Shown here one piece after another: positions 37,486 to 46,600 of a stretch of 64,000 bases of DNA; positions within the stretch are counted from its first letter, which is position 1, and the number at the start of each line of letters is the position of its first letter. The notes beneath the pieces are model-generated. The model made no database searches. It saw nothing but the letters and a program-made list of their open reading frames with translations, and was not told the origin of the DNA. Location of the stretch: contig JAVEXO010000002.1 in NCBI GenBank assembly GCA_034003955.1, positions 44,060 to 108,059 of the forward strand, read 5' to 3'. Position numbers and translations under genes: made by a program. Source of the DNA: Spirochaetia bacterium (GTDB lineage: Bacteria > Spirochaetota > Spirochaetia > Treponematales > UBA12059).

Positions 37486-38841
37486 ATGAAGATTGTTCTG
37501 GTCGGAGCCGGAAGCATTCAATTTGGGTGCGGAACGCTTGGAGATATTTTTTGTAGCAAGAACCTTGTTGGTTCTGAGATTATGCTGCATGACATAAATG
37601 CTAGAGCCCTTGATGATGTATTGCAAACGGCATTGCATAGCATTGAAAATAATTCTCTGCCCTTTACCGTACATGCGACTACTGATAGAAAGGCTGCCTT
37701 CAAGGGAGCCGATTTCATAATATCCTCTATAGAAGTTGGCAACCGTTTCGAGCTATGGGATCAGGACTGGAAAATACCCTTACAGTATGGCGTCCACCAG
37801 GTGTACGGAGAAAACGGCGGACCCGGCGGCCTCTTTCATGCACTCAGGATCATTCCACCAATCCTGGATATAGTAAAAGACGCTATGGAACTTTGTCCCA
37901 ATGCCTATATATTCAACTATTCCAATCCTATGACTGCCATCTGTACTGCCGTTAAACGCGCGTATCCAGATGCTCGCTTCATAGGCATGTGCCATGAGAT
38001 AGGTTGGTTAAGCAAGTGGTTGCCGCGCATGCTTGGCATGAAAAAGGAAGACATCTATTTCAAGGCGGCTGGGCTCAACCATTTTAGTTGCATGCTTGAG
38101 GTAAAAAACAAGCTTACAGGTAAAGACCTTTATCCCGATGTGATGAGCAAGGCTCCAGCCTTCTTTGAACGCGAAAGTGGTTACAGCGATGTTTTCGATA
38201 GTTATCGCAAGACTGGTGTAATAGAGGAGTCAGAGCAATTCGAAAAGAATATAATTAATAGTAGGAGCCGTTACGAATGGGCAGATCGCAGACTTATAAA
38301 GTTTATGCTGGATCATTATGGCCTTTTACCCATAACGACAGACAGCCATTTTGGTGAATACCTCGGCTGGGCTTGGGATGTCGTTGACCACAGAGGCATT
38401 CTAGATTTCTATGATGTGTATAAGGTCATGCTATCCCAGACTAAGAGACATGAAATAAAACTGCAGACTACGGAGCGAGTCATACCAATAATCGATTCCA
38501 TGATTGAAAACTCAGGAATTGAGGAGTCTGCGGTAAACATCCAGAACAATGGTCTTCTGGCCGATCTACCATCATGGATAGCCGTTGAGGTTCCGGCTAT
38601 AGTCGACAAGACTGGAATCAAGGGTATTCCTATTACTAATGCGCCTAAGGGTTATGTTTCGCTATTAAGGGCATATTGTGGTGTATATGATCTTACCGCA
38701 GAGGCAGCAATACACAAGAAGAAGTCTTTTGCCATCCAGGCTCTTCTTGCCAACCCTGTCGTACACCAAGCAACGCAGATAGAAGCGATGGTAGACAGAA
38801 TGATTGATACGCAAGGAAAATGGCTGGGATACTTGCAATAG
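37486..38841 (+). CDS. glycoside hydrolase family 4 (NAD/Mn-dependent alpha-glucosidase/galactosidase type)
   Basis: It has an N-terminal Rossmann MKIVLVGAGSIQFG and the GH4 signature GMCHE. Confidence 0.9.
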   Translation: MKIVLVGAGSIQFGCGTLGDIFCSKNLVGSEIMLHDINARALDDVLQTALHSIENNSLPFTVHATTDRKAAFKGADFIISSIEVGNRFELWDQDWKIPLQYGVHQVYGENGGPGGLFHALRIIPPILDIVKDAMELCPNAYIFNYSNPMTAICTAVKRAYPDARFIGMCHEIGWLSKWLPRMLGMKKEDIYFKAAGLNHFSCMLEVKNKLTGKDLYPDVMSKAPAFFERESGYSDVFDSYRKTGVIEESEQFEKNIINSRSRYEWADRRLIKFMLDHYGLLPITTDSHFGEYLGWAWDVVDHRGILDFYDVYKVMLSQTKRHEIKLQTTERVIPIIDSMIENSGIEESAVNIQNNGLLADLPSWIAVEVPAIVDKTGIKGIPITNAPKGYVSLLRAYCGVYDLTAEAAIHKKKSFAIQALLANPVVHQATQIEAMVDRMIDTQGKWLGYLQ

Positions 38842-38899
38842 CGATGCATGCTGTGCAGAATACGCGTCGATTCTGCACAACACCCCAAAAAGGTATGCC

Positions 38900-39916
38900 A
38901 TGACAACTATAAAGCACATTGCACAGAAGGCTGGTGTCAGTCCAACTACGGTATCGAACGTCATACACGGCAACACTGCCCGTGTCTCCCCTCTTATTCT
39001 TGAGAAGGTCAGGAAGATCCTGCTGGAGGAAAATTATGTGCCTAATATGGGGGCCGTGATTCTTGCCAGGAATAATTCGCGGTTAATAGGCGTCATCCTC
39101 TTCATGGAGCCAAGGAGCGATCAAACCGTACTCGAAGACCCTTTTGCCTCATCTATACTTGGTACTCTTGAACGAGAAATACGCAATCAAGGTTATTTCA
39201 TGTTGCTCTATACGACGGTAGACAAGAATGAGGTATTGAGGCTTGTGGCTACCTGGAAACTAGACGGTCTCATCATGTTGTGGGTGCCCGGTGAAGTGGC
39301 TACAGGCATAAAGACGAGCATCAGTACACCCGTTGTTTTCGTAGATTGCTATTATGATGACGGCAATGATTACCACAACATAGGTCTCGACGATGAGGTT
39401 GGTGGCTATGAAATGGCTTCCTACCTCATATCAAAGGGGCATACAAAGATTGCCTTTCTAGCAAATTCAACGGAGTCTCCAAGCGTTGATACGGCTCGTT
39501 TCTCTGGTTGCCAACGGGCAGTATCTGAGCAGGGGTTTGCCCTTACGAAAGACAGTTTTATATCCGTCCCTAAATCTAGAACAGAACGGCATGCACTGTA
39601 TCATAGCCTCATCAAAGACCCACGTCCCTATAGTGCACTGTTCTTTTCTTCCGACTACTACGCGGCCGATGCCATTACCTATTTTAATGAGCATGACATA
39701 TCGGTACCAGAGGACATATCCGTGGCAGGCTTTGACGACAACTCTTTTTCCAGGCTCATAAGGCCACGCCTTACAACCGTGCATCAGGATGTCTTTAAAA
39801 AAGGCCAGAGAGCCGTATCAATGCTCATGAGCCTCATGCGAAAGAAGGCGGTAGAGACAAAAGATGATAAACTACCGGTACGACTGGTTATTAGGGATTC
39901 AGTCATGCAACTATAG
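38900..39916 (+). CDS. LacI family transcriptional regulator
   Basis: It has the MTTIKHIAQKAGVSPTTVSNVIHG HTH and a periplasmic-binding-protein-like body. The start was trimmed from the track ORF at 38804. Confidence 0.92.
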   Translation: MTTIKHIAQKAGVSPTTVSNVIHGNTARVSPLILEKVRKILLEENYVPNMGAVILARNNSRLIGVILFMEPRSDQTVLEDPFASSILGTLEREIRNQGYFMLLYTTVDKNEVLRLVATWKLDGLIMLWVPGEVATGIKTSISTPVVFVDCYYDDGNDYHNIGLDDEVGGYEMASYLISKGHTKIAFLANSTESPSVDTARFSGCQRAVSEQGFALTKDSFISVPKSRTERHALYHSLIKDPRPYSALFFSSDYYAADAITYFNEHDISVPEDISVAGFDDNSFSRLIRPRLTTVHQDVFKKGQRAVSMLMSLMRKKAVETKDDKLPVRLVIRDSVMQL

Positions 39917-39935
39917 GTAATAGTCAGCTATAAGC

Positions 39936-40514
39936 CTACTCTTCTCTTACGCTTGTATCCAAACGTTCGTTTGACAGAGCCAACAAGCCTCTGAGCAAAC
40001 CATGAATAATGGCTATCGGAAGGCATATGAAACCAGCTATTTCCAACCCCAGCTCATAAAAGAGAGAGCTGCACTTGTACGGTTTGCCCTTTAACCTGGA
40101 ATGCAATGCACTGAGTGGAATGCCATACATGTTGCCTGCTATCATCGTCTGTGCGGCCGCTAATATAACGCGGGCTTTTTGTTCTCCATATTCTGTTATG
40201 ATTGCATCGTAGGCAAACTTCATAGGAAAGCCTCGTGCATCTGCAAAATGCTGGACGAACATAATGGCCTTAGCCTCCTCCGGTTTTATAAATTCACCAG
40301 AACCGTTTAAAAAGCTGCCTTTTTCTTTGTTACTCATATTCTGCTGCAAGGCTATTTTTATGTGATAGTATGAGCAGGCAGCACAACCATTCACCTCTGT
40401 TACCGCCAGCTGCAATCTCTCTATGAAATGACTGCCAAGCCATTTGTTCTTCCTGTTTTTTAGTATCACGCCTACAGCCCTGGGTGCATAAACCAAGGCT
40501 CTATAGAGTTCCAA
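39936..40514 (-). CDS. carboxymuconolactone decarboxylase (AhpD-like) family protein with C-terminal TM segment
   Basis: It has the VTEVNGCAACSYYH CxxC motif. It has a TTG start without an SD, so the start is uncertain. Confidence 0.7.
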   Translation of the reverse strand: MELYRALVYAPRAVGVILKNRKNKWLGSHFIERLQLAVTEVNGCAACSYYHIKIALQQNMSNKEKGSFLNGSGEFIKPEEAKAIMFVQHFADARGFPMKFAYDAIITEYGEQKARVILAAAQTMIAGNMYGIPLSALHSRLKGKPYKCSSLFYELGLEIAGFICLPIAIIHGLLRGLLALSNERLDTSVREE

Positions 40515-40619
40515 AAAACCAAACTTACGCTTGTACCCTTCTGTCAGCTTAGGCTTTCCGGCACGTTCCTGATCGTTCTTGTCATTTTTATTCGAGTGTT
40601 TTTCCCCCAGTACTTTACT

Positions 40620-41624
40620 CTAGCCTACAGCCACACCAGATGGAATAGTTTCCTCTATAGAAATGTTTGCGACAGCACACGTTGTTGTAATCAACGCTTC
40701 AATGCCATGTATGAGTTCATCAAAGTCTATATTTTTTTTAAATGACAGCATTTTTATATCCTGTAATACCCTATTGAAGTACTCCATGGCATAGCCCATG
40801 GCAATTTCCGCACCATCCAATTCTACGACCATCTGGTTGATATCAAATAAGATATCGTCGTTTAGGCTTGTGCTCAATACTCTCTGTAGATTAGCACTGG
40901 CATCGTTTTCAAGTGCACACAATAATGGAAGCGTATAGCTACCCTGACGGATATCCTTATGGGTATCCTTGAGAGCCTGGGAGCCAGGGGCGGTATAATC
41001 TAGACAATCGTCATATATCTGGTAGGCAACACCAAGCTTTCTACCAATATCCTGCAGTGCGGCGCAGACTTCAGCATCCATTCCACCCAAGTATCCGCCG
41101 GCTTCTAGACTCAAGGCAAATAGTTCACCAGTTTTTTGTGATACGATCTCTATATACTCTTCATTGGACAAGTAGTGGTAACGACACATGTGTTGCTTAA
41201 TCTCACCTCGACACAGCGTTGTCATAGCCTTATTGAACATCGTTATAAGCCGCATGTCATGCAAGGCAGTCAGAATGCTTATACTCTTAGCTAAGGTATA
41301 ATCGCCGGCGTATACGGCGACGTCTTTACCAAATTCAGACTGAACTGAAACGGTTCCTCGTCTTAATGCTCCCTCGTCAACGATATCATCATGGATGAGC
41401 GATGCAATATGCATGAGTTCAAGAGCGGAGGCCGCGCGAATCGTTGTCTGCATGTTGTGTTTGCCGCAGCTTGCAGTAAGAACCAACAACAAAGGTCTGA
41501 GTAGTTTTCCTTTCTTTTCAGCAGTACGACGCACAGGAATCCTGACCATGCTATCGCTTTCTTCCAAGAACTGGTCTATCACCATACATACTGAATTCAT
41601 CTCAATATTTAGTTGGCCCATCAT
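40620..41624 (-). CDS. polyprenyl diphosphate synthase (trans-IPPS, long-chain type)
   Basis: The first DDxxD is LIHDDIVDE and the second is IYDDCLDY. An AAGGAG SD is present. Confidence 0.9.
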   Translation of the reverse strand: MMGQLNIEMNSVCMVIDQFLEESDSMVRIPVRRTAEKKGKLLRPLLLVLTASCGKHNMQTTIRAASALELMHIASLIHDDIVDEGALRRGTVSVQSEFGKDVAVYAGDYTLAKSISILTALHDMRLITMFNKAMTTLCRGEIKQHMCRYHYLSNEEYIEIVSQKTGELFALSLEAGGYLGGMDAEVCAALQDIGRKLGVAYQIYDDCLDYTAPGSQALKDTHKDIRQGSYTLPLLCALENDASANLQRVLSTSLNDDILFDINQMVVELDGAEIAMGYAMEYFNRVLQDIKMLSFKKNIDFDELIHGIEALITTTCAVANISIEETIPSGVAVG

Positions 41625-41708
41625 ATTTCACTACTCCTTAAAAAACACTCCGTCTAGCCGCGTTAAACCCGGGAGAGACGGAGCGAGTCATGTCTAGTCG
41701 TAAAAACC

Positions 41709-43133
41709 CTAGTTGTTGGCAGCAGCCCCAACTAACACCTTTTTATCCTCTGTCTCTACGGTTGTGCCGTTTAGTTTAGCCAATACGCGCGGAGCAAACC
41801 ACTTCGCCAGGGTTACGAGCGTCAATACAGGGGGCCTTGATGGCGCACCGGGTATGACACTAATATCACAGGCGTAACAATTAGGAATCGGTGACTCAAG
41901 GTTCTTGTCCATGACCATACCAACCGAGCACGTTCCACCCGGGTGGCCGAAGGTCAAGCCGCCCTTCCAGTGGCTTAAAGAGCCATGGTGTATAGTGTCT
42001 TCCACACAGCCCATTTTTAGAAGAATCTTTTCATTTACATAACGACAATAGTTCATTCTCTGTTCATCTTTGGATGTCAGTGTCTTTGAAACCATACCGT
42101 CCCAAGCTACTCGACCTTCGCCGTCATCATGAATTTTATTGAACAGAGCCACTCTGCGCGGATGCTTTTTCCAGGTGTCTAAGAAGCCCTTTATGCCTTT
42201 GTTCTGGAGTTGGAATGTTGACCAGAACAATCTACCCCAGGTTACATCTGAGGCAAAAAGACAACCATGCTTGTCATCCATGAAGTTAACTGATGTTCCG
42301 TGCTCATACATGTTTCCTTTTTCACCTTCCGGCATGAGGCCTAATGATGAGAAGCTGGGATCACCGAACATTCGTGTTCCCGCTGTGGTTACGCCTGAAT
42401 GTATCATTATACTGGCAGTTCCAATGCCACCGGCTGCACAAATAAGCATTTTACCACGGATCTCGTACAGCTGATTGTCTTGAGTGCCCCATGCCTTGAA
42501 ACCTACAGCCTTGCCATTTTCTACAATAACACTGTCTACCTTGATACGCGTCATCATTTTCGCACCGTATTCCATGGCTTCATGGGCAGAATAGTAACCC
42601 ATCCACTTGGCTCCATGCTTGCAGCCCATGGGAGATGTAGTGCAGGCATATTTACATTTTTCCCAATTGATATGCCGTAAGGAAGGAACAAATGGGTATC
42701 CAAGCTCATTGGCAGCCTGCATCATACGTTTGTTTATTGGACCAAGAAACTCTTCGGGAGTTTCAGACACCCAGCTTTCAACCTTGGCTGCCTCTAGATA
42801 CGGCCTGAGATTTATACCTACATCGTCCCAGCCTGTGAATTCAGGAAGCGCGGCAATACCTGCATAGAGGTATGATCCACCTCCGACACCAGTACCGATC
42901 ACGATACCATTTCCTTCTATGCTCGATGACCAGTTTTGGCCTGGATTTCTGTCCATGTGTTCGCCGTTGAGCATGCCCAAGGCTGTTCCGATGCCCTTCA
43001 GGGTGTCTCCACCCTTCTCAAGGAGAAGTACCTTTTTGCCTGCCTTTGACAGGTCCTTTGCGAGTACACATCCACAGGGTCCTGCGCCGGCTATGACCAC
43101 ATCATAGCCATCAATAAACACCTTCTTCTTCAT
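41709..43133 (-). CDS. GMC-family FAD-dependent oxidoreductase
   Basis: It has the dinucleotide fold DVVIAGAGPCGCVLAKDLSKAGKKVLLLEKGG and a GMC C-terminal-like HPGGTCSVG..ACDISVIPG. The start was trimmed to MKKKVFIDGYD at 43133, with GGAGG upstream. Confidence 0.8.
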   Translation of the reverse strand: MKKKVFIDGYDVVIAGAGPCGCVLAKDLSKAGKKVLLLEKGGDTLKGIGTALGMLNGEHMDRNPGQNWSSSIEGNGIVIGTGVGGGSYLYAGIAALPEFTGWDDVGINLRPYLEAAKVESWVSETPEEFLGPINKRMMQAANELGYPFVPSLRHINWEKCKYACTTSPMGCKHGAKWMGYYSAHEAMEYGAKMMTRIKVDSVIVENGKAVGFKAWGTQDNQLYEIRGKMLICAAGGIGTASIMIHSGVTTAGTRMFGDPSFSSLGLMPEGEKGNMYEHGTSVNFMDDKHGCLFASDVTWGRLFWSTFQLQNKGIKGFLDTWKKHPRRVALFNKIHDDGEGRVAWDGMVSKTLTSKDEQRMNYCRYVNEKILLKMGCVEDTIHHGSLSHWKGGLTFGHPGGTCSVGMVMDKNLESPIPNCYACDISVIPGAPSRPPVLTLVTLAKWFAPRVLAKLNGTTVETEDKKVLVGAAANN

Positions 43134-43584
43134 CGAAAGACCTCCAAAGTAGCTCGTATTTTTTCTCACGTTTCCATGAGATTTTTCCTTACGAAGCCAT
43201 GGCCGTGTCTTTTTTGTTCGAGCTCCCGAAAGCGCATGCTGCATATTTTTTTTAGCAACATTTTCCATGAATGAGTCTCAATGGAGATGTATCCGCTGAG
43301 ACATCGTTAGCAGAGTTTTATAAACGAAAATGCTGATAACTACAACGATCCCTCAGGATGAAGTGTTGCGAAAACACATTCGTAGAATTGAGCTGATTAG
43401 GATCGATTGTGAGGGCAGGAACCTGATAGTAGACTGGGAGGATGCATAATGGAGTACGGAAAGTTCATTTTGCATGGGAGGGAACGCCAGATCCGTTCAA
43501 CTCATCATGGAATTTCCGTCTTCTTGACCCGCCAATCAATTTTTACACACGGCAATGTCAATAGGTACATTGTGTTCGTTAAGC

Positions 43585-43613
43585 ATGCTTTTGTCAAGTA
43601 TAATGCTTTATCT
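43585..43613. repeat. 29-nt direct repeat, copy A (spans the stop codon of the 1476-aa ORF)
   Basis: atgcttttgtcaagtataatgctttatct matches 48022-48050 at 25 of 29 positions in the same orientation. Confidence 0.75.
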
Positions 43614-46600
43614 CTCTACTGGATCTAATGCCGTCAAGCCAGGTAGAGATAAGCGCTCTAGATATTCCAAGAAGGCTCGTGGGCCAGAAGAAAGATGAAA
43701 ACCAGGAGCATGTATATCTGCCAAGTGTTTTTCATCCTCACTACAGACCACCGTCAAGTTTGCTCGACCTATGGCATGATGCAGTGCCCACTCCTGTGCA
43801 TTGAGAGAACCACGCGATGAACTACTGCGATCCTCTGTAAAATGCTCGAGTGCCGCTGGCCCAGACCACATAATTGTCTGGGCAGTATCGAGGCTCAGGA
43901 CAAGGCGCTGCTCAGCTCGAGTCAGTTTCTTTAATTCCTGATTATTTCCAGACACGTCCATTGCAACAATGATGACTTTTTCCGGATGTTTCTTAAAGAG
44001 GGATTGTATCATAGACTCTACGGCTTTCTGGTCAGGCTGCATAGCAGGTTCATCGGAGTCTAGCCTGCTTGAAACACGAGTATAGCATACGGCAAGCTGA
44101 TCTACTCGGGGAAGCAAGGCCGCCATGACGCCAAATTGAGCCTCAAGCTCAGCTCCACCAAAGACGGCTATGAAAGGATGTACCGGTGCATTAAGAATTG
44201 AAGACAGAATAGATAGTTCCCGTGCCACCAATGGCCCGGCCAATTTTCTTGATACAAATTTAGGTACTCCCGTTATACTCGCATGTCGTCTTTGACAAAC
44301 ATTGAAGGCGTCATTCACGAACCAACCATCACAAAGACCAGCTAGCGATCGAGCAAAGGCTTCATCGTTGTCTTTCTCTCCGGCGGCGAAACGTAAATTC
44401 TCTATCAGGTTTACTGAGCCCGAGACAATATCTTCTTTTCCAATCAATACACCAGAGGCACCAACACTCGTTTCATGAAATATAAAATCAGAACCCAAGT
44501 GTTTCTGCAACATTTCAGCAACCGGTTTAAGTGAGTAGCGATGATAGAGATCTTCTCGTGATACATTAGAATCTTCGGCGGCTCCTGGATCTCCTAGATG
44601 AGAGCATACGATTGGTGTAGCACCCTTCTCAAGCAAGACTCTCAATGCTGGTATAATTTGGAGTATTCGTCTGTCATCCTCTATATAATAATCTTCAACA
44701 CCTATGTTGGCATCGACTCTAACGAGAACCTTTATTCCATCCAAGCGATCTATGTCGTCTAGACTCGCTCGTTGCGTGTTTGTCTTGCTCATCATGTCTG
44801 CTTGCTCTAAACGTATCAGCTTATGTACCGCTTCTGCAGCCTCGGCAGCCGTTTTACAACGAGAGGCTGCCAAACTAACGGCAGAAAGTGGCAGGAAAAA
44901 TTCAGATATAGGCGCCACGCCCCGGTAGACAGCACCTGTATTGCCGTCGGCTGTAACCCTCTCGCCTTCTCGTAACAGAGTCGGAGTGGATCCATGGAAT
45001 AAGACCGTTTTATGCTCTATATCTATTTCTACATCACTGCAGCCGACTATGCATGGCTTGTTCATTGCCATGGCGGTAATTGCCGCGTGAGATGTTCTTC
45101 CTGGATAGATAGTAACGATAGCATGGGCACCGTTCATTACGGCGAAGTCTGTGGGTTTTGTGGTGTGAGCCAGGTAAACTACGCTTTCTCTTCGAGCCTC
45201 TGCTTCCTGTAGACGCTTCTGCGTAAGCACCAGTGTTCCAGAAACAACGCCTCCATTGATTGGTACACCTACGGTCAATGGTGGATTCCATAGACGTGAC
45301 TGGAAGTCAGCCCTGGGCAGCGCCACAGATGCATAGGCCATCTCAAGACGATCCAAACGTTCACGGTATTCTGTAAGGCCAATCACTCCTCGGCGCAAGA
45401 AATCTGTATCAGCCGAAAGATTGGCAAAGGGTCCTAACTTAGCCGCACGTGCCTGCAGCAGGTATAGCTTTCCGTCTTCCACGGTAAACTCAAGATCAAG
45501 ATCCTGCCTATAATGCCCAACCAGCAGGCTCTTACAGGTTTCCAGCTCATCATGCAAGACCTTATCTAGATTTGCAACAGGCTCGGTATCGGAACTACCC
45601 ATCACCACTTCTTCACCCTGCGCCTGCTTTTTAAACTCGCCAAAGAGTTCGTCCTCTCCGGTTATAGGATTGCGCGTAATGACTACACCGCTCAGGGAAC
45701 GATCATTCAGGTTGCCAAAGGCCAATTGCTGAACGGTAACAGCAGTTTCTACATGGATATCGGTTACCAGTGTCTTAGAATATGCACGGACGGCTTGGTT
45801 GCCTCTAGATGCGTAGACAAGCTGGATACAACGGAGTATCTGTTCTCTTGGATCCAGGAAGAATCGCTGCCCAAAAAGAGTAGCCAAGCGAGACTCCATC
45901 TCATCCACGCTTCTTACTACGATGCGTTTGGCAGTTCTCGGTTCCATGTCTCTTCCACCCAGGATATCTCGGCCATCCAAGAGAGCGCGGGCATCCAAGG
46001 CTGTACCGCTATTTTTTGCATCAGACTCATCGTTCAAGTCTTCTTGAGCTATCGAATCTTTAGTGGCAGCATCTCCCTTTTTGTTTTGTAGGTTTTGAGT
46101 GCCTATAGAGGCATCCCCATCCGTGTGAATAGTCACTTCAGACAGATCGGCAAGTATTGTAAGATCTTGACCATCAAACAAGTCCCAGTTGTCAAGAAGA
46201 TCCAAGGCATCTAAACAATTACTTAGAAATCTTTTGTACAAGGAATCTGCCAAGACTTTTCCTCTTCGCTTTACGATTCCATCCATCACAGTTGGAGTAA
46301 TACCTACGTTCAGTATCGTAGCCATGACACCAGGCATAGACATCGGCGCCCCAGAGCGTATTGATACCAAAAGCGGGCGATCTGCATTGCCGAGTTCTCT
46401 ACCGCTCTGTCTTTCAAGCTCACGCAGGTTTGCATCCACCAAGGCTATTATGATTGGATTGTCAAGCTTCCCACTCTGCGAACTGTATTTAAAGAGAGGG
46501 AAACCAAGAATAAAGGCTGGAGGAACCATAAGACCTATCTTGGCCATGTCTAGAATGCTGTTACCTTTTCCGCCAAACATATGGCGAGCGCCGTCATCTA

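Noticed and set aside
43275-43302. A hairpin gtctca-N16-tgagac in the long spacer was considered as a terminator.
   Set aside because: It has only a 6-bp stem with a large loop and no following T-tract on either strand, which is too weak to call.
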